This document shows, piece after piece, positions 49,348 through 58,087 of a stretch of DNA of 58,087 bases (its first letter is position 1; every line of letters starts with the position of its first letter). Origin of the DNA: Pseudomonadota bacterium (lineage in GTDB: Bacteria > Pseudomonadota > Alphaproteobacteria > UBA11222); assembly GCA_049323975.1 (NCBI GenBank), contig JBMOMY010000288.1:1-58087 (forward strand). The letters run 5' to 3'. A model generated the notes under the pieces. That model did not search any database, was not told the DNA's origin, and saw only the letters and a program-made list of their open reading frames with translations. Both the position numbers and the translations under genes were made by a program.

Positions 49348-50700
49348 ATGCAGGAATCAAAAGAAGGCGGCCTCCAGGCGCCGCTGCGTCACACTCTGGA
49401 CTGGAACAGTCCGGATTTTTACGACGAGCAGAAAATCGACGAGGAATTACGCCGCGTCTTCGACATCTGCCATGGATGCCGGCGCTGCTTCAATCTGTGC
49501 GATTCTTTTCCGCGTCTGTTCGACCTGGTCGATGAATCGCCCAGCGGCGAACTGGACACGGTAGAAAGCAAAGATTTTGGCCCCGTCGTCGAAGCCTGCA
49601 CGCTGTGCGACATGTGTTTCATGACCAAATGCCCCTATGTGCCGCCGCATGAATTCGACCTTGATTTCCCCCATCTGATGCTGCGCTACCGCGCCGCCAA
49701 ACGCAAACAGGGCGAGACGGACTTTGTTGCGGGCCAACTGGCCGAAATGGACCGTAACGGCGCGCTGGCGCGCCCATTGGCGCCTCTTGTGAATTGGGGA
49801 TCGGCCACGGGCAATAAATTGACCCGGCCGGTCATGGAAAAGATCGCAGGCATAGACGCCCGCGCGGAACTGCCTAAATTCAGTGGACGCACCTTCGTCA
49901 TGTCGGCCAATTCCGCGCCGCCACAGCTAAACACATCCGCCCCAGCCTATGGCCGCAAGGCAGTGCTCTACGCCACCTGTTTTGTCAATTACAACAATCC
50001 GGACACAGGCATGGCGGCGCGCGCCGTACTGGCGAAAAACGGCGTGGAAACCGAGGTCGTCTATCCTGCCTGTTGTGGCATGCCTTTTCTGGAACAGGGA
50101 AATCTTGAGCGCGTGGCCAGCCAGGCGGAAAAAGTCTCCGCCGCGCTCATTCCCTGGATCGACAAAGGCTATGACATCATCACCCTCACCGCCAGCTGCG
50201 GCCTCATGCTGAAATTCGAATGGCCGCTGATTCTGCCCGGAAATGAGGATATTGCACGGCTGTCACGCGCCACTTACGACATCGATCAATATGTGTTGCA
50301 GATCGCGAAAACGGAAGGGCTGGCGGAAGGCCTCAAACCCCTGCCGGGCGGCGCCAGCCTGCATCTGGCGTGCCATGCCCGCGCCCAGAATATGGGGCCG
50401 AAAGGCGCGGAATTATTACGCCTGATCCCTGAAATCAAACTGGATGTGATCGAGCGCTGTTCCGGCCATGGCGGCACGTTCGGCGTGATGAAAGAAACCC
50501 ATGAGACGGCCCGAAAGGTCGGCCGGACCACCGCGGCGACCGCCCGCAGCCAGGGCAACGCCTTTGTGGTCTCGGAATGTCCGCTGGCGGCGAAACACAT
50601 TCTCCAGATTATGGAAGACGCTGCGGGCGAATCCAAAATACCGGAACGGGCGCATCACCCGATCGAGCTGATCGCCCAAGCCTATGGATTGACGGCATGA
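49348..50700 (+). CDS. heterodisulfide-reductase-related (GlpC/HdrD-like) iron-sulfur protein with CCG domains
   Basis: 450 aa. Two ferredoxin-type clusters, CHGCRRCFNLC and CTLCDMCFMTKCP, and a C-terminal Cys-rich half including YPACCGMP. Confidence 0.85.
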   Translation: MQESKEGGLQAPLRHTLDWNSPDFYDEQKIDEELRRVFDICHGCRRCFNLCDSFPRLFDLVDESPSGELDTVESKDFGPVVEACTLCDMCFMTKCPYVPPHEFDLDFPHLMLRYRAAKRKQGETDFVAGQLAEMDRNGALARPLAPLVNWGSATGNKLTRPVMEKIAGIDARAELPKFSGRTFVMSANSAPPQLNTSAPAYGRKAVLYATCFVNYNNPDTGMAARAVLAKNGVETEVVYPACCGMPFLEQGNLERVASQAEKVSAALIPWIDKGYDIITLTASCGLMLKFEWPLILPGNEDIARLSRATYDIDQYVLQIAKTEGLAEGLKPLPGGASLHLACHARAQNMGPKGAELLRLIPEIKLDVIERCSGHGGTFGVMKETHETARKVGRTTAATARSQGNAFVVSECPLAAKHILQIMEDAAGESKIPERAHHPIELIAQAYGLTA

Positions 50701-51296
50701 GCAGAAAACAAAAGCGCATTACCCCAGACGATCTTATGCCGCTGGCGGAATACCAGAAGGCGCGGAAGGAACGCCGGGAGAAAATTCTGCAGATCAAGCA
50801 GCATCGCCGCATAGAAGTTGGCCCCTATGCCGCCTTCTATTTCGAGAATTACGACACCATGCTGCAACAGGTGCAGGAGATGCTTTATATCGAAAAGGGC
50901 GGTGAGGCGCAGATCGAGGATGAGCTGAGCGCCTATAACCCGCTGATTCCCCAGGGAGAGGAACTGGTGTGCACATTGCTGCTGGAGGTTGAAGACCCCA
51001 ATCGCCGTGACCGTATTCTGCGCACGCTTTCCTATATCGAAAACCATATTTTCATGCAGATCGGCAGCGATCGTATTCCCGCAGTGATTCTCCCGGGAGA
51101 AGACAGGACCCGCGAGGATGGCAAGACCTCCTCAGTCCATTTTCTGCGTTTTCCCTTTACGCCAGCACAGATCGCCGCCTTCAGAGACCCGGCGCAAAGC
51201 GTTTCGCTCGGGATCGCGCATGAAAATTACGCGCATATTGCGCCCCTCAGCCAGGCCAGCCGCGAAACCCTTGCCGGCGATTTTGACATGGCCTGA
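50697..51296 (+). CDS. DUF3501-like protein
   Basis: 199 aa from the internal ATG that forms an ATGA overlap with the Fe-S gene stop. VGPYAAFYFENYDTMLQQVQEML and VHFLRFPFT resemble DUF3501 as I remember the family. Confidence 0.7.
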   Translation: MSRKQKRITPDDLMPLAEYQKARKERREKILQIKQHRRIEVGPYAAFYFENYDTMLQQVQEMLYIEKGGEAQIEDELSAYNPLIPQGEELVCTLLLEVEDPNRRDRILRTLSYIENHIFMQIGSDRIPAVILPGEDRTREDGKTSSVHFLRFPFTPAQIAAFRDPAQSVSLGIAHENYAHIAPLSQASRETLAGDFDMA

Positions 51297-51299
51297 GAG

Positions 51300-51809
51300 T
51301 TGAAGATCCTTCTCTCACCGCATATCCGCCCGCAGCGCGGATTATTGCGTGCGGGAGGAAAATCCTACCCCTGCGCCATCGGGCGGAACGGCGTCCACAG
51401 ACAGAAACATGAGGGCGATGGGGTCACGCCCATGGGGGCATTCGCTTTGCGCCGCGTGCTTTACCGCGCCGGGCGGATCCCACGGCCCAGGACCCGGCTT
51501 CCCGTCACGCCCATCGGACCCCGTGACGGCTGGTGCGATGCGCCGGACCACCCCGCCTATAACCGGCAAATCCAATTTCCTTTTCCGGCAAGCGCTGAAA
51601 GACTGAACCGGGCTGATCCACTCTATGACATCGTCGTGGTGCTGGGTCATAACGACGCGCCGGCAGTGCGCGGCGCCGGCAGCGCCATTTTCATCCATGC
51701 GGCGCGCCCCAATTTCGCCCCGACGGCGGGGTGCATCGCTTTGCGGCGCGCGGATCTACAGGAAATTCTGCGCCTTTGCGGGCCAGGCAGCAAACTGGTG
51801 ATCGCCTGA
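51300..51809 (+). CDS. L,D-transpeptidase (YkuD) catalytic-domain protein
   Basis: 169 aa. GSAIFIHAARPNFAPTAGCIAL contains the H...GC catalytic motif. Only a TTG start is available, 3 nt after the upstream stop. Confidence 0.7.
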   Translation: MKILLSPHIRPQRGLLRAGGKSYPCAIGRNGVHRQKHEGDGVTPMGAFALRRVLYRAGRIPRPRTRLPVTPIGPRDGWCDAPDHPAYNRQIQFPFPASAERLNRADPLYDIVVVLGHNDAPAVRGAGSAIFIHAARPNFAPTAGCIALRRADLQEILRLCGPGSKLVIA

Positions 51810-51821
51810 ACGTATTTCACG

Positions 51822-53474
51822 CTAATGCCGTTTTTGCAGCCGCCAGCGTTCCACCACCTGATCGACAAAGCCCTGATTCGCGGCGTCCTGGCTCCAGGCT
51901 TCGGAGAAGCTGGCTGTGTCGGAGGCCGGGCGCCGCCCGGGCGCCAGATCGTCAAACCGCATGCGCATGGGAAGGATCACCCCATCCCCCACAATAATCG
52001 CCTCCTGCTGCGCGAGGGAGGGCAGCGCCGACAGCAGGCCAATAGCGCTTTCCGGCAGGGCGTTCGCGACAAATTCCTGATCGCGCACATTGCTCATGCG
52101 CAAAGCGATCATGGTGTTGCATTGTGATAGGGCGCTTGTAGAAAGCTCCGCCGGCCGCTGGGTGACCAGACACAGGCCGACGCCATATTTGCGGCCTTCC
52201 TTGGCGATGCGCGAAATCGCTTTCTTGCTGGGGCCGAAATGCGTCACTTCGTCACGCGGTATATAACGGTGGGCTTCTTCGCAAACCAGCAGGACCGGCA
52301 CCTTGTGGCCTCGTTCATGACCCGCCCACACGCTGAAGTCAAAAATCATGCGCGCCAGCACCGACACCACCACATCGAGCACTTCCGAAGGAATGCCGGA
52401 AATGTCCACGATGCTGATGGGTTTTCCGTTCACCGGAATACGCATGATGCGCGCCAGAACCTTGCCCAGACTGTCATCCACCAGAAGGCGGGAAAACATG
52501 AAGGAAAAACGACGGTCGGCGCGCAGGCTTTCGATTTTCGCTTTCAGCCGCACATAGGCGATGACCTCCTCGGTGCGTTCCAGCCTGCCCATCTGATCAT
52601 CGAAAATCTTCACCAGATCCCCCAGCCGGTAGGGAACCGGGGTATCCACGGTGATGTGATCCCCCCGCGCGCCGTCATGCAAAAAGGCTTTTTTGGCTTC
52701 GACCACGCCGTTTTTCAGAATCTCCGTTTCGGCATGGGCATAGGCGTTGTTCTGCCCCACGACCACCTCGGTCAGTTCTTCGAAATTCAGCAGCCAGTAA
52801 GGAAGCTGCAGATTGTTCATGTTCAACAGTTCCGCCTTGCCCTCGAACGCACGGGCATATTCATTGTGCGGATCAATCAGCACCACATGGCCATGGGGAT
52901 TGTTCTCCAGGATGGCATGCAGCACCAGCGCCACCACGCAGCTTTTGCCGGAACCGGTGGTGCCCAGCACCGCGAAATGCTTGGCCAGCATGTCGTCGAT
53001 GGATGCGTAGGCCGGAATGGCCTGGTTCTGGTGAATCGCGCCAATCCGAGCGATCGCCAGTTCCTGCGGCGCATAGACCAGTTCCAGATCGCGCGCGTCT
53101 GCTGTGAAGACCGGCGTGTCGAAATGCGGATAAAACGTCACCCCGCGATGAAAACGGCCGTACGCCCCGTCCTTGCCAACCGGTATTTCTCCAAGCAACT
53201 GTATCTCGATGGTCCGCGCACCCGCCCCGGCGCCGTCCGGCGAAGGACCGCCGCCATTCATCGCCTGCACCATTCCATAGATGGAGGACGCTGTTGTTGA
53301 AATGACCACCAGAGAACCGATGGAAATATTCGTTTCGCGGATGACTTCGGGCGCGCTCAACAGCGCCGTGACCACGGCCCCCTGCATGGCGGTTATGACG
53401 CCGATCCGCACCCTTTCCTGACTGGCTCTGGCGCCTTCAGGCCTGTCGGATGTCTGAATTTGCGGCATGTTCAT
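51822..53474 (-). CDS. HerA-like (DUF87) P-loop ATPase
   Basis: 550 aa. Walker A GTTGSGKS and Walker B VLLVCEEAHRYIP, an N-terminal barrel-like region, and GVGLCLVTQRP. Confidence 0.8.
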   Translation of the reverse strand: MNMPQIQTSDRPEGARASQERVRIGVITAMQGAVVTALLSAPEVIRETNISIGSLVVISTTASSIYGMVQAMNGGGPSPDGAGAGARTIEIQLLGEIPVGKDGAYGRFHRGVTFYPHFDTPVFTADARDLELVYAPQELAIARIGAIHQNQAIPAYASIDDMLAKHFAVLGTTGSGKSCVVALVLHAILENNPHGHVVLIDPHNEYARAFEGKAELLNMNNLQLPYWLLNFEELTEVVVGQNNAYAHAETEILKNGVVEAKKAFLHDGARGDHITVDTPVPYRLGDLVKIFDDQMGRLERTEEVIAYVRLKAKIESLRADRRFSFMFSRLLVDDSLGKVLARIMRIPVNGKPISIVDISGIPSEVLDVVVSVLARMIFDFSVWAGHERGHKVPVLLVCEEAHRYIPRDEVTHFGPSKKAISRIAKEGRKYGVGLCLVTQRPAELSTSALSQCNTMIALRMSNVRDQEFVANALPESAIGLLSALPSLAQQEAIIVGDGVILPMRMRFDDLAPGRRPASDTASFSEAWSQDAANQGFVDQVVERWRLQKRH

Positions 53475-53580
53475 CGTCAGTGCGCTTCCCGAATGCGCCT
53501 GTCACCTTAAAGCGAACAGACTGGATAAGGAAGTATGGCGCTCACCCCTTACCATAGGGTGAATAACGGGAAATTCATAT

Positions 53581-53595
53581 CATGGTTTAACCATG
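53581..53595. promoter_or_regulatory. perfect palindrome CATGGTT-T-AACCATG in the AT-rich spacer between hisE and the HerA-like gene
   Basis: Read directly from the sequence. Any function as an operator is speculative. Confidence 0.25.
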
Positions 53596-53602
53596 TTAAA
53601 TT

Positions 53603-53944
53603 TTATTTATCGCGTCCTGCTTTTTCTTCAAGCCCGGAAACGCCTTCGCGCGCGGCCAGTAGCCTGCAAACCTCATCGAGAGAGACGCCTGCCGACTGCA
53701 GCAGAACCAGCAGATGATACAGCACGTCTGCGGCTTCCGACGTCACCGCCGCCTTGTCCTGGCTGACGGCGGCAAGCGCAAGCTCCACCGCCTCCTCGGC
53801 GAGTTTCTTGGCGGGAAGGAGCGGGGCGTTCTGCAGCAATTTCACGGTATAGGAGCCCGCATCGCGGGAGCCGGCGCGCGCCGCGATCACCTGCGTCAGG
53901 CGTGTGAGCGCGTCAAGCGCCCCCTTATTCTTATCGTCCTTCAT
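53603..53944 (-). CDS. hisE: phosphoribosyl-ATP diphosphatase
   Basis: 113 aa. SYTVKLL...[14 protein letters not shown]...[13 protein letters not shown]. Confidence 0.92.
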   Translation of the reverse strand: MKDDKNKGALDALTRLTQVIAARAGSRDAGSYTVKLLQNAPLLPAKKLAEEAVELALAAVSQDKAAVTSEAADVLYHLLVLLQSAGVSLDEVCRLLAAREGVSGLEEKAGRDK

Positions 53945-54699
53945 AAACGCACCGGAATCCCCGCGGCCGCCATCTTCTGCTTGGCCTGTAAGATGGAAAA
54001 TTCGCCGAAATGAAAAATCGACGCCGCCAGCACCGCGCTGGCATGCCCCCTGATGACCCCTTCCACCAGATGATCGAGGGTTCCCACGCCCCCGCTGGCG
54101 ATGACGGGCACACGCACCGCATCGCTGATGGCGCGGGTAAGCGCCAGATCGAAACCCTGGCGGGCGCCGTCCCGGTCCATAGAGGTCAGGAGGATCTCCC
54201 CCGCCCCCAGTTCCGTCACCTCCCGCGCATAAGCGACCGCGTCAATACCCGTAGGCCTGCGCCCGCCATGGGTCCAGATTTCCCATTTGTCCGGGCCTGC
54301 CGCCTTGGCGTCAACCGCCACCACGATGCATTGCGCGCCGAATTTTTCCGCAGCCTCCCGCACCAGTTCCCGGCGCTCCACGACTGCGGTGTTGATCGCG
54401 ACCTTGTCGGCGCCCGCCAGCAGCAGCTTGCGCACGTCTTCCACCCTGCGCACCCCGCCGCCAACGGTCAGGGGCATGAAGCATTGTTCCGCCGTGCGCG
54501 CCACCATATCATACAGTGTATCCCGCGCCTCATGGGAGGCGGTAATGTCGAGAAAGCACAATTCGTCGGCGCCTTCGGCGTCATACCGGCGCGCCTGTTC
54601 GACGGGATCGCCCGCATCCCGAAGATTGACGAAGGAAACCCCCTTGACGACCCGACCCTTGTCGACGTCGAGACAGGGAATAATGCGCACTTTCAGCAT
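53941..54699 (-). CDS. hisF: imidazole glycerol phosphate synthase cyclase subunit
   Basis: 252 aa. [19 protein letters not shown] and VIASGGVG. Confidence 0.97.
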   Translation of the reverse strand: MLKVRIIPCLDVDKGRVVKGVSFVNLRDAGDPVEQARRYDAEGADELCFLDITASHEARDTLYDMVARTAEQCFMPLTVGGGVRRVEDVRKLLLAGADKVAINTAVVERRELVREAAEKFGAQCIVVAVDAKAAGPDKWEIWTHGGRRPTGIDAVAYAREVTELGAGEILLTSMDRDGARQGFDLALTRAISDAVRVPVIASGGVGTLDHLVEGVIRGHASAVLAASIFHFGEFSILQAKQKMAAAGIPVRL

Positions 54700-55418
54700 G
54701 CCAGCACCCGCAGGGCGTCGGACGGGTCTAGCCTGCCGTCATAGAGGGCGCGGCCGGAAATCACCCCCTCGATCCCCGGGCATTGGGCCGCTTTCAGCGC
54801 CACGAGATCGGCGACAGACGTGACTCCGCCGCTGGCGATAACGGGAATGCTGACCGCATTGGCGAGCGCCGCCGTCGCCGCGACATTCAGCCCCTGCATG
54901 GCGCCGTCGCGTTCAATATCGGTGTAGATCACCGCCGCCACCCCCGCATCGGCAAAGCGCGCCGCCAGTTCATGGGCGGAAATTTCCGTTGTCCGCGCCC
55001 ACCCCTCGACCGCCACTTTTCCGCCGCGCGCGTCTATACCTACCGCAATGCGGCCCGGAAAAGCGCGCGCCGCCTCGCGCACCAGATCGGGATTGCTGAC
55101 CGCCACTGTCCCGAGGATGACCCGGCGCACCCCCAGGGACAGCCAGTTTTCAATACAGGCCATGTCCCGCACCCCGCCGCCAAGCTGCACGGGAATGCGC
55201 ACCGCCGCAAGAATCGCCGCAACGCAATCCCCATTCACCGGCCTGCCCGCAAAGGCGCCGTTAAGATCCACCAGATGCAGCCAGGCGAATCCCGCCTGTT
55301 CGAACGCCCGCGCCTGGGCTGCAGGGTCGCTGTTGAAAACCGTGGCGGAATCCATATCCCCTCGCAGCAGACGCACGCAGGCGCCGTCCTTCAGGTCAAT
55401 GGCGGGAAAAAGAATCAT
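54693..55418 (-). CDS. hisA: 1-(5-phosphoribosyl)-5-[(5-phosphoribosylamino)methylideneamino]imidazole-4-carboxamide isomerase
   Basis: 241 aa. [20 protein letters not shown] and VIASGGV. Confidence 0.95.
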   Translation of the reverse strand: MILFPAIDLKDGACVRLLRGDMDSATVFNSDPAAQARAFEQAGFAWLHLVDLNGAFAGRPVNGDCVAAILAAVRIPVQLGGGVRDMACIENWLSLGVRRVILGTVAVSNPDLVREAARAFPGRIAVGIDARGGKVAVEGWARTTEISAHELAARFADAGVAAVIYTDIERDGAMQGLNVAATAALANAVSIPVIASGGVTSVADLVALKAAQCPGIEGVISGRALYDGRLDPSDALRVLAC

Positions 55419-55975
55419 GGGGTTCCGTCCGTATCTAGAAATTTGCTGAAATAATAGCCGCTGATATAGCGCCCTTGAATTCGGGCATAGCGCGGTTTCA
55501 CCCCCCAGCGTTTATAGCCTTCGGCTTCGAACAGGCGAATTGCCGCTTCCCGGTCGGCGCGCACATCGAGATCGAGGGCGGTAAACCCGCGGCTTATGGC
55601 CATCGCCTCGGCCTGACGCAGCAACCCGCGCGCCAGGCCAAGGCGGCGTGCATGACCCGCCACGATCAGCGTGGTGATCTGGGCGGCAAAGGCGCCGGAT
55701 TCATTGTTGACCGAAGGATTCAGTATCTGCACCGTTCCCACAATGCGTCCATCCAGACGCGCAATCCACAGACTGCGTTCCGGCACCAGCACTACGCCGT
55801 TCCAGTAGTTTTCGAGTATCCGCTGGGGGGGCGGGCGCACCCACAGAAATCCCTCCCCATCGATGATCGCATCATGGGCGAGGTCGCAAAGCTGCGGCAG
55901 ATCATCGCCGCTAAAGCTTTCGATTTCTTCGATGCGCGTCGCCCTGCCGTTGTCGGGGGATAGAGAATCCGTCAT
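55415..55975 (-). CDS. GNAT-family N-acetyltransferase
   Basis: 186 aa from MTDSLSP. Acetyl-CoA block [17 protein letters not shown]. Inserted between hisH and hisA, with an ATGA overlap with hisA. Confidence 0.8.
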   Translation of the reverse strand: MTDSLSPDNGRATRIEEIESFSGDDLPQLCDLAHDAIIDGEGFLWVRPPPQRILENYWNGVVLVPERSLWIARLDGRIVGTVQILNPSVNNESGAFAAQITTLIVAGHARRLGLARGLLRQAEAMAISRGFTALDLDVRADREAAIRLFEAEGYKRWGVKPRYARIQGRYISGYYFSKFLDTDGTP

Positions 55976-55989
55976 GCCGTCTTTCCCCG

Positions 55990-56637
55990 TCAAACCCGCC
56001 AGTTGAGAAAATTCGCCAGAACTTGCAGGCCCGTGGCCTGGCTTTTTTCGGGATGGAACTGCACCCCCAGTATATTGTCCCTGCCAATGGCCGCCGCAAT
56101 GGCGCCGCCGTAATCGCAGGTGGCGAGCACATCCCCCGCATCGGCTGCGAGAAAGTGAAAGGAATGCACGAAATAGCAATCGCGCCCGTCAATTCCCAGA
56201 AGCGCGGGATGCAGGCGTCCGCTTGGAGTCAACAGGTTCTGGTTCCAGCCCATATGGGGAATTTTCAGCTCCGGATTGGCGGGCGCAAGCGCGCGCACTT
56301 CACCGCCGATCCAGCCGAGCCCCTGATGCGCCCCATGTTCCAGCCCGCGCTCCGCCAGCAATTGCATGCCCACGCAAATACCCAGAAAAGGGCGTTTTTT
56401 TTCCCGGATTGCGTATTCAAGCGCGTCTCGCATGCCGTGAACGGCCTGCAATCCGCGGGCGCAATCGCCAAAGCTGCCTACCCCCGGCAATACGACGCGT
56501 TCCGCGTCCCGCACCGCGGCCGGATCATCGCTGACAAGGATGCGCCCTCCCCAGCCGCTTTCCTCCGCCGCGCGCTCGAACGCCTTGGAGATGGAGTGAA
56601 GGTTCCCTGAGCCGTAATTGATGATGATCAGTTTCAC
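55990..56637 (-). CDS. hisH: imidazole glycerol phosphate synthase glutamine amidotransferase subunit
   Basis: 215 aa. LPGVGSF, GICVGMQLL and VQFHPEKS. Confidence 0.96.
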   Translation of the reverse strand: MKLIIINYGSGNLHSISKAFERAAEESGWGGRILVSDDPAAVRDAERVVLPGVGSFGDCARGLQAVHGMRDALEYAIREKKRPFLGICVGMQLLAERGLEHGAHQGLGWIGGEVRALAPANPELKIPHMGWNQNLLTPSGRLHPALLGIDGRDCYFVHSFHFLAADAGDVLATCDYGGAIAAAIGRDNILGVQFHPEKSQATGLQVLANFLNWRV

Positions 56638-57149
56638 CAGCGGCCGCCCCGGGTCGTGAAACCCCAGCCGGTTTCCGTCGCCTGACCGCGCAGGGGCGGT
56701 GAGGCGGGAGGAAGCGGAGGTAACGGATGCGCCCCTGTTTCCCTGCCGGGCGTGGCGGAAAGGGCGTCATCTGTATTTTTCGTGAAATAGCGCATTTCTG
56801 CGAGATCGAGATTTTTCGCCGCAATGCTGGCCACCTGACGAAAGCCTTTTCTGCGCAAATGCCAGCGGCGGATCTCGAACGCCTCAAAGGCCACAATCAG
56901 GCTGAAGCCCAGGCCCCCCAGTCCGGAAAGGAGCTGCGATCCGCCTTCCGCCTGGGCAAGAAGCCCCAGCATCATGGACAACCCAAGATAGGCGGCCGCT
57001 ACCAGCCACATCCGGTGGTAAAACAACCAGAGCAAGGGCGCAATGAACGCCATCCAGGAAAAACCCTCCCGGATGAAGATCACGCTTGACGGATCTTCCG
57101 GTTTCACCCCGCCAGCGGCGGGCTCATGGACTGTATAGATCCGCATCAT
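56634..57149 (-). CDS. DUF2628-like membrane protein
   Basis: Starts at MMRIYTVHEP. FIREGFSWMAFIAPLLWLFYHRMW is the hallmark of DUF2628, which commonly sits between hisB and hisH in alphaproteobacteria. The longer track ORF (to 57419) overlaps hisB and was trimmed. Confidence 0.75.
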   Translation of the reverse strand: MMRIYTVHEPAAGGVKPEDPSSVIFIREGFSWMAFIAPLLWLFYHRMWLVAAAYLGLSMMLGLLAQAEGGSQLLSGLGGLGFSLIVAFEAFEIRRWHLRRKGFRQVASIAAKNLDLAEMRYFTKNTDDALSATPGRETGAHPLPPLPPASPPLRGQATETGWGFTTRGGRW

Positions 57150-57166
57150 GCCATCCCCTGGCTCCC

Positions 57167-57766
57167 TTACAGGCTGCCCCCCAGAACCCCCTTGGTGGAG
57201 GGAACGGAGACGCCGCCACGCGGATCGATTTCCATCGCCTGGCGCAGGGCGCGCGCCAGGCCTTTGTAACAGGATTCCACAATATGATGGTTGTTTTCGC
57301 CATAGCGGTTCTGCACATGCAGGGTCGCGCCTGCTCCCTGCGCAAAGGCCTGAAACCATTCCCGGAACAGTTCCGTATCCATCTCCCCCAGCTTGGGCCG
57401 GGTGAACGCCACCTGCCACACCAGATAGGGCCGGTTGGACAGATCCAGCGCCACTTCGGTGCAGGTCTCATCCATGGGGATGACCGCCGCGCCATAGCGC
57501 CTTATGCCCGCCCGATCGCCCAGCGCCCGCGCCACCGCCTCGCCAATGGCGATGCCGGTGTCTTCCGTGGTGTGGTGAAAATCAATGTGCAGATCGCCTT
57601 TGGCCTTCACCTCAAGATCCATCAGGGAATGGCGGGAGAGTTGCTCCAGCATATGGTCGAGAAAACCGATCCCCGTTGCCACGTCATAGCGCCCCCCGCC
57701 ATCCAGATTGACGGAAACCGTGATGTCGGTCTCTTTGGTTTTGCGCGAAACGCTGGCGGTGCGCAT
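57167..57766 (-). CDS. hisB: imidazoleglycerol-phosphate dehydratase
   Basis: 199 aa. [31 protein letters not shown] and ENNHHIVES. Confidence 0.96.
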   Translation of the reverse strand: MRTASVSRKTKETDITVSVNLDGGGRYDVATGIGFLDHMLEQLSRHSLMDLEVKAKGDLHIDFHHTTEDTGIAIGEAVARALGDRAGIRRYGAAVIPMDETCTEVALDLSNRPYLVWQVAFTRPKLGEMDTELFREWFQAFAQGAGATLHVQNRYGENNHHIVESCYKGLARALRQAMEIDPRGGVSVPSTKGVLGGSL

Positions 57767-57801
57767 GGGTCTGGCCTTTGGTAAGAGTAAGGACGTACAC
57801 C

Positions 57802-57925
57802 CCCGTCATTGCGCCTGAAGATGCAGGTACCAATAAGCGCAGCGAAGCAATCCAGGATTCACACGGAAAAGCCTTTGATATTGGCTTCTGGATCGCCGCG
57901 CCGCTACGCGGCTCGCGATGACGGG
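57802..57925. repeat. 124-bp MITE/REP-like palindromic element
   Basis: The termini CCCGTCATTGCG (57802-57813) and CGCGATGACGGG (57914-57925) are inverted copies (11/12). The internal GCGAAGCAATCCAGGA versus TCTGGATCGCCGC arms are also inverted. The sequence class CGTCATTGCGAG..GAAGCAATCCAG is a common alphaproteobacterial intergenic repeat. Confidence 0.6.
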
Positions 57926-58000
57926 CGGATTCAATCCGTTCGTGTGTCTTGTAGCAGGTCAACCTGTCCTTGCCAACCTGCGGTGTGCCCCCAAACAAAA

Positions 58001-58025
58001 ACGGCGGCCCGAAAGCCGCCGTTTT
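58001..58025 (-). terminator. intrinsic terminator (ACGGCGGC-CCGAAA-GCCGCCGT) flanked by A/T runs, serving the minus-strand gene that ends at 58047
   Basis: Read directly from the sequence. On the minus strand the stem is followed by TTTTTGTTTGG. Confidence 0.7.
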
Positions 58026-58046
58026 CCGAAACATTTAACTTCTGGC

Positions 58047-58087
58047 TTAGGCGGCCTTGCGGCGGCGGGACAGCGCGCCGATGCCTG
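58047..58087 (-). CDS. 3' end of an unidentified gene (...GIGALSRRRKAA*)
   Basis: Reverse frame open from the window edge to the TAA at 58049-58047, immediately followed by a terminator. Only 13 codons are visible. Confidence 0.35.
   Translation of the reverse strand, partial: GIGALSRRRKAA

Noticed and set aside
52239-53300. 353-aa ORF on the plus strand
   Set aside because: It is antisense to the HerA-like ATPase, which carries Walker A/B motifs. The plus-frame product is His/Arg-rich with no motifs.
57684-58034. 116-aa ORF (…ARHREPRSGAAIQKP…WIASLRLL…AMTG…)
   Set aside because: This peptide is the well-known translation artefact of the CGTCATTGCG/GAAGCAATCCAG repeat class. The ORF spans a MITE-like element and a terminator, so it is not a gene.

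Overview
High-GC chromosomal segment that looks alphaproteobacterial. The markers are an Irr-type Fur paralogue with an ICE-like box, a fabA-fabB-fabI cluster, a two-domain cold-shock protein, CIRCE-groESL, and a his operon interrupted by DUF2628 and GNAT genes. I can support about 62 protein genes, one tRNA-Ser(GGA), several intrinsic terminators, one CIRCE operator, one ICE-like operator with a sigma70-type promoter, and one MITE-like palindromic repeat. Most of the window is housekeeping: lgt-pgeF, prs, rplY-pth-ychF, cobO/cobQ, groESL, ftsY-mtaB-dapF, infC, trxB, fab and his genes. I saw no CRISPR array, transposase, integrase or rRNA. Many long ORFs in the track (for example 10045..11622, 31061..32812, 21328..22725) are Arg/His/Gly-rich antisense shadows of real genes and I rejected them. 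Six things deserve a second look. (1) 29768-34077: a ferritin-like di-iron protein and a ligand-less paralogue of it, followed by an omega-transaminase/alanine dehydrogenase pair. (2) 48217-51296: irr, an ICE box, a Cys-free rubrerythrin, a CCG-domain Fe-S protein and a DUF3501-like protein. (3) 15942-17604: an SCO operon in which two related exported Cys/His proteins are chained to the SCO gene by ATGA overlaps. (4) 34273-38341: an AT-richer, decayed islet next to the tRNA-Ser, closed off by tandem terminators, carrying a methyltransferase, an HTH-less WYL protein, frameshifted remnants and nhaA. (5) 51822-53474: an orphan HerA-like ATPase. (6) infC, which needs a non-canonical ATA start. All functional calls come from motif recognition by eye; no database search was run.
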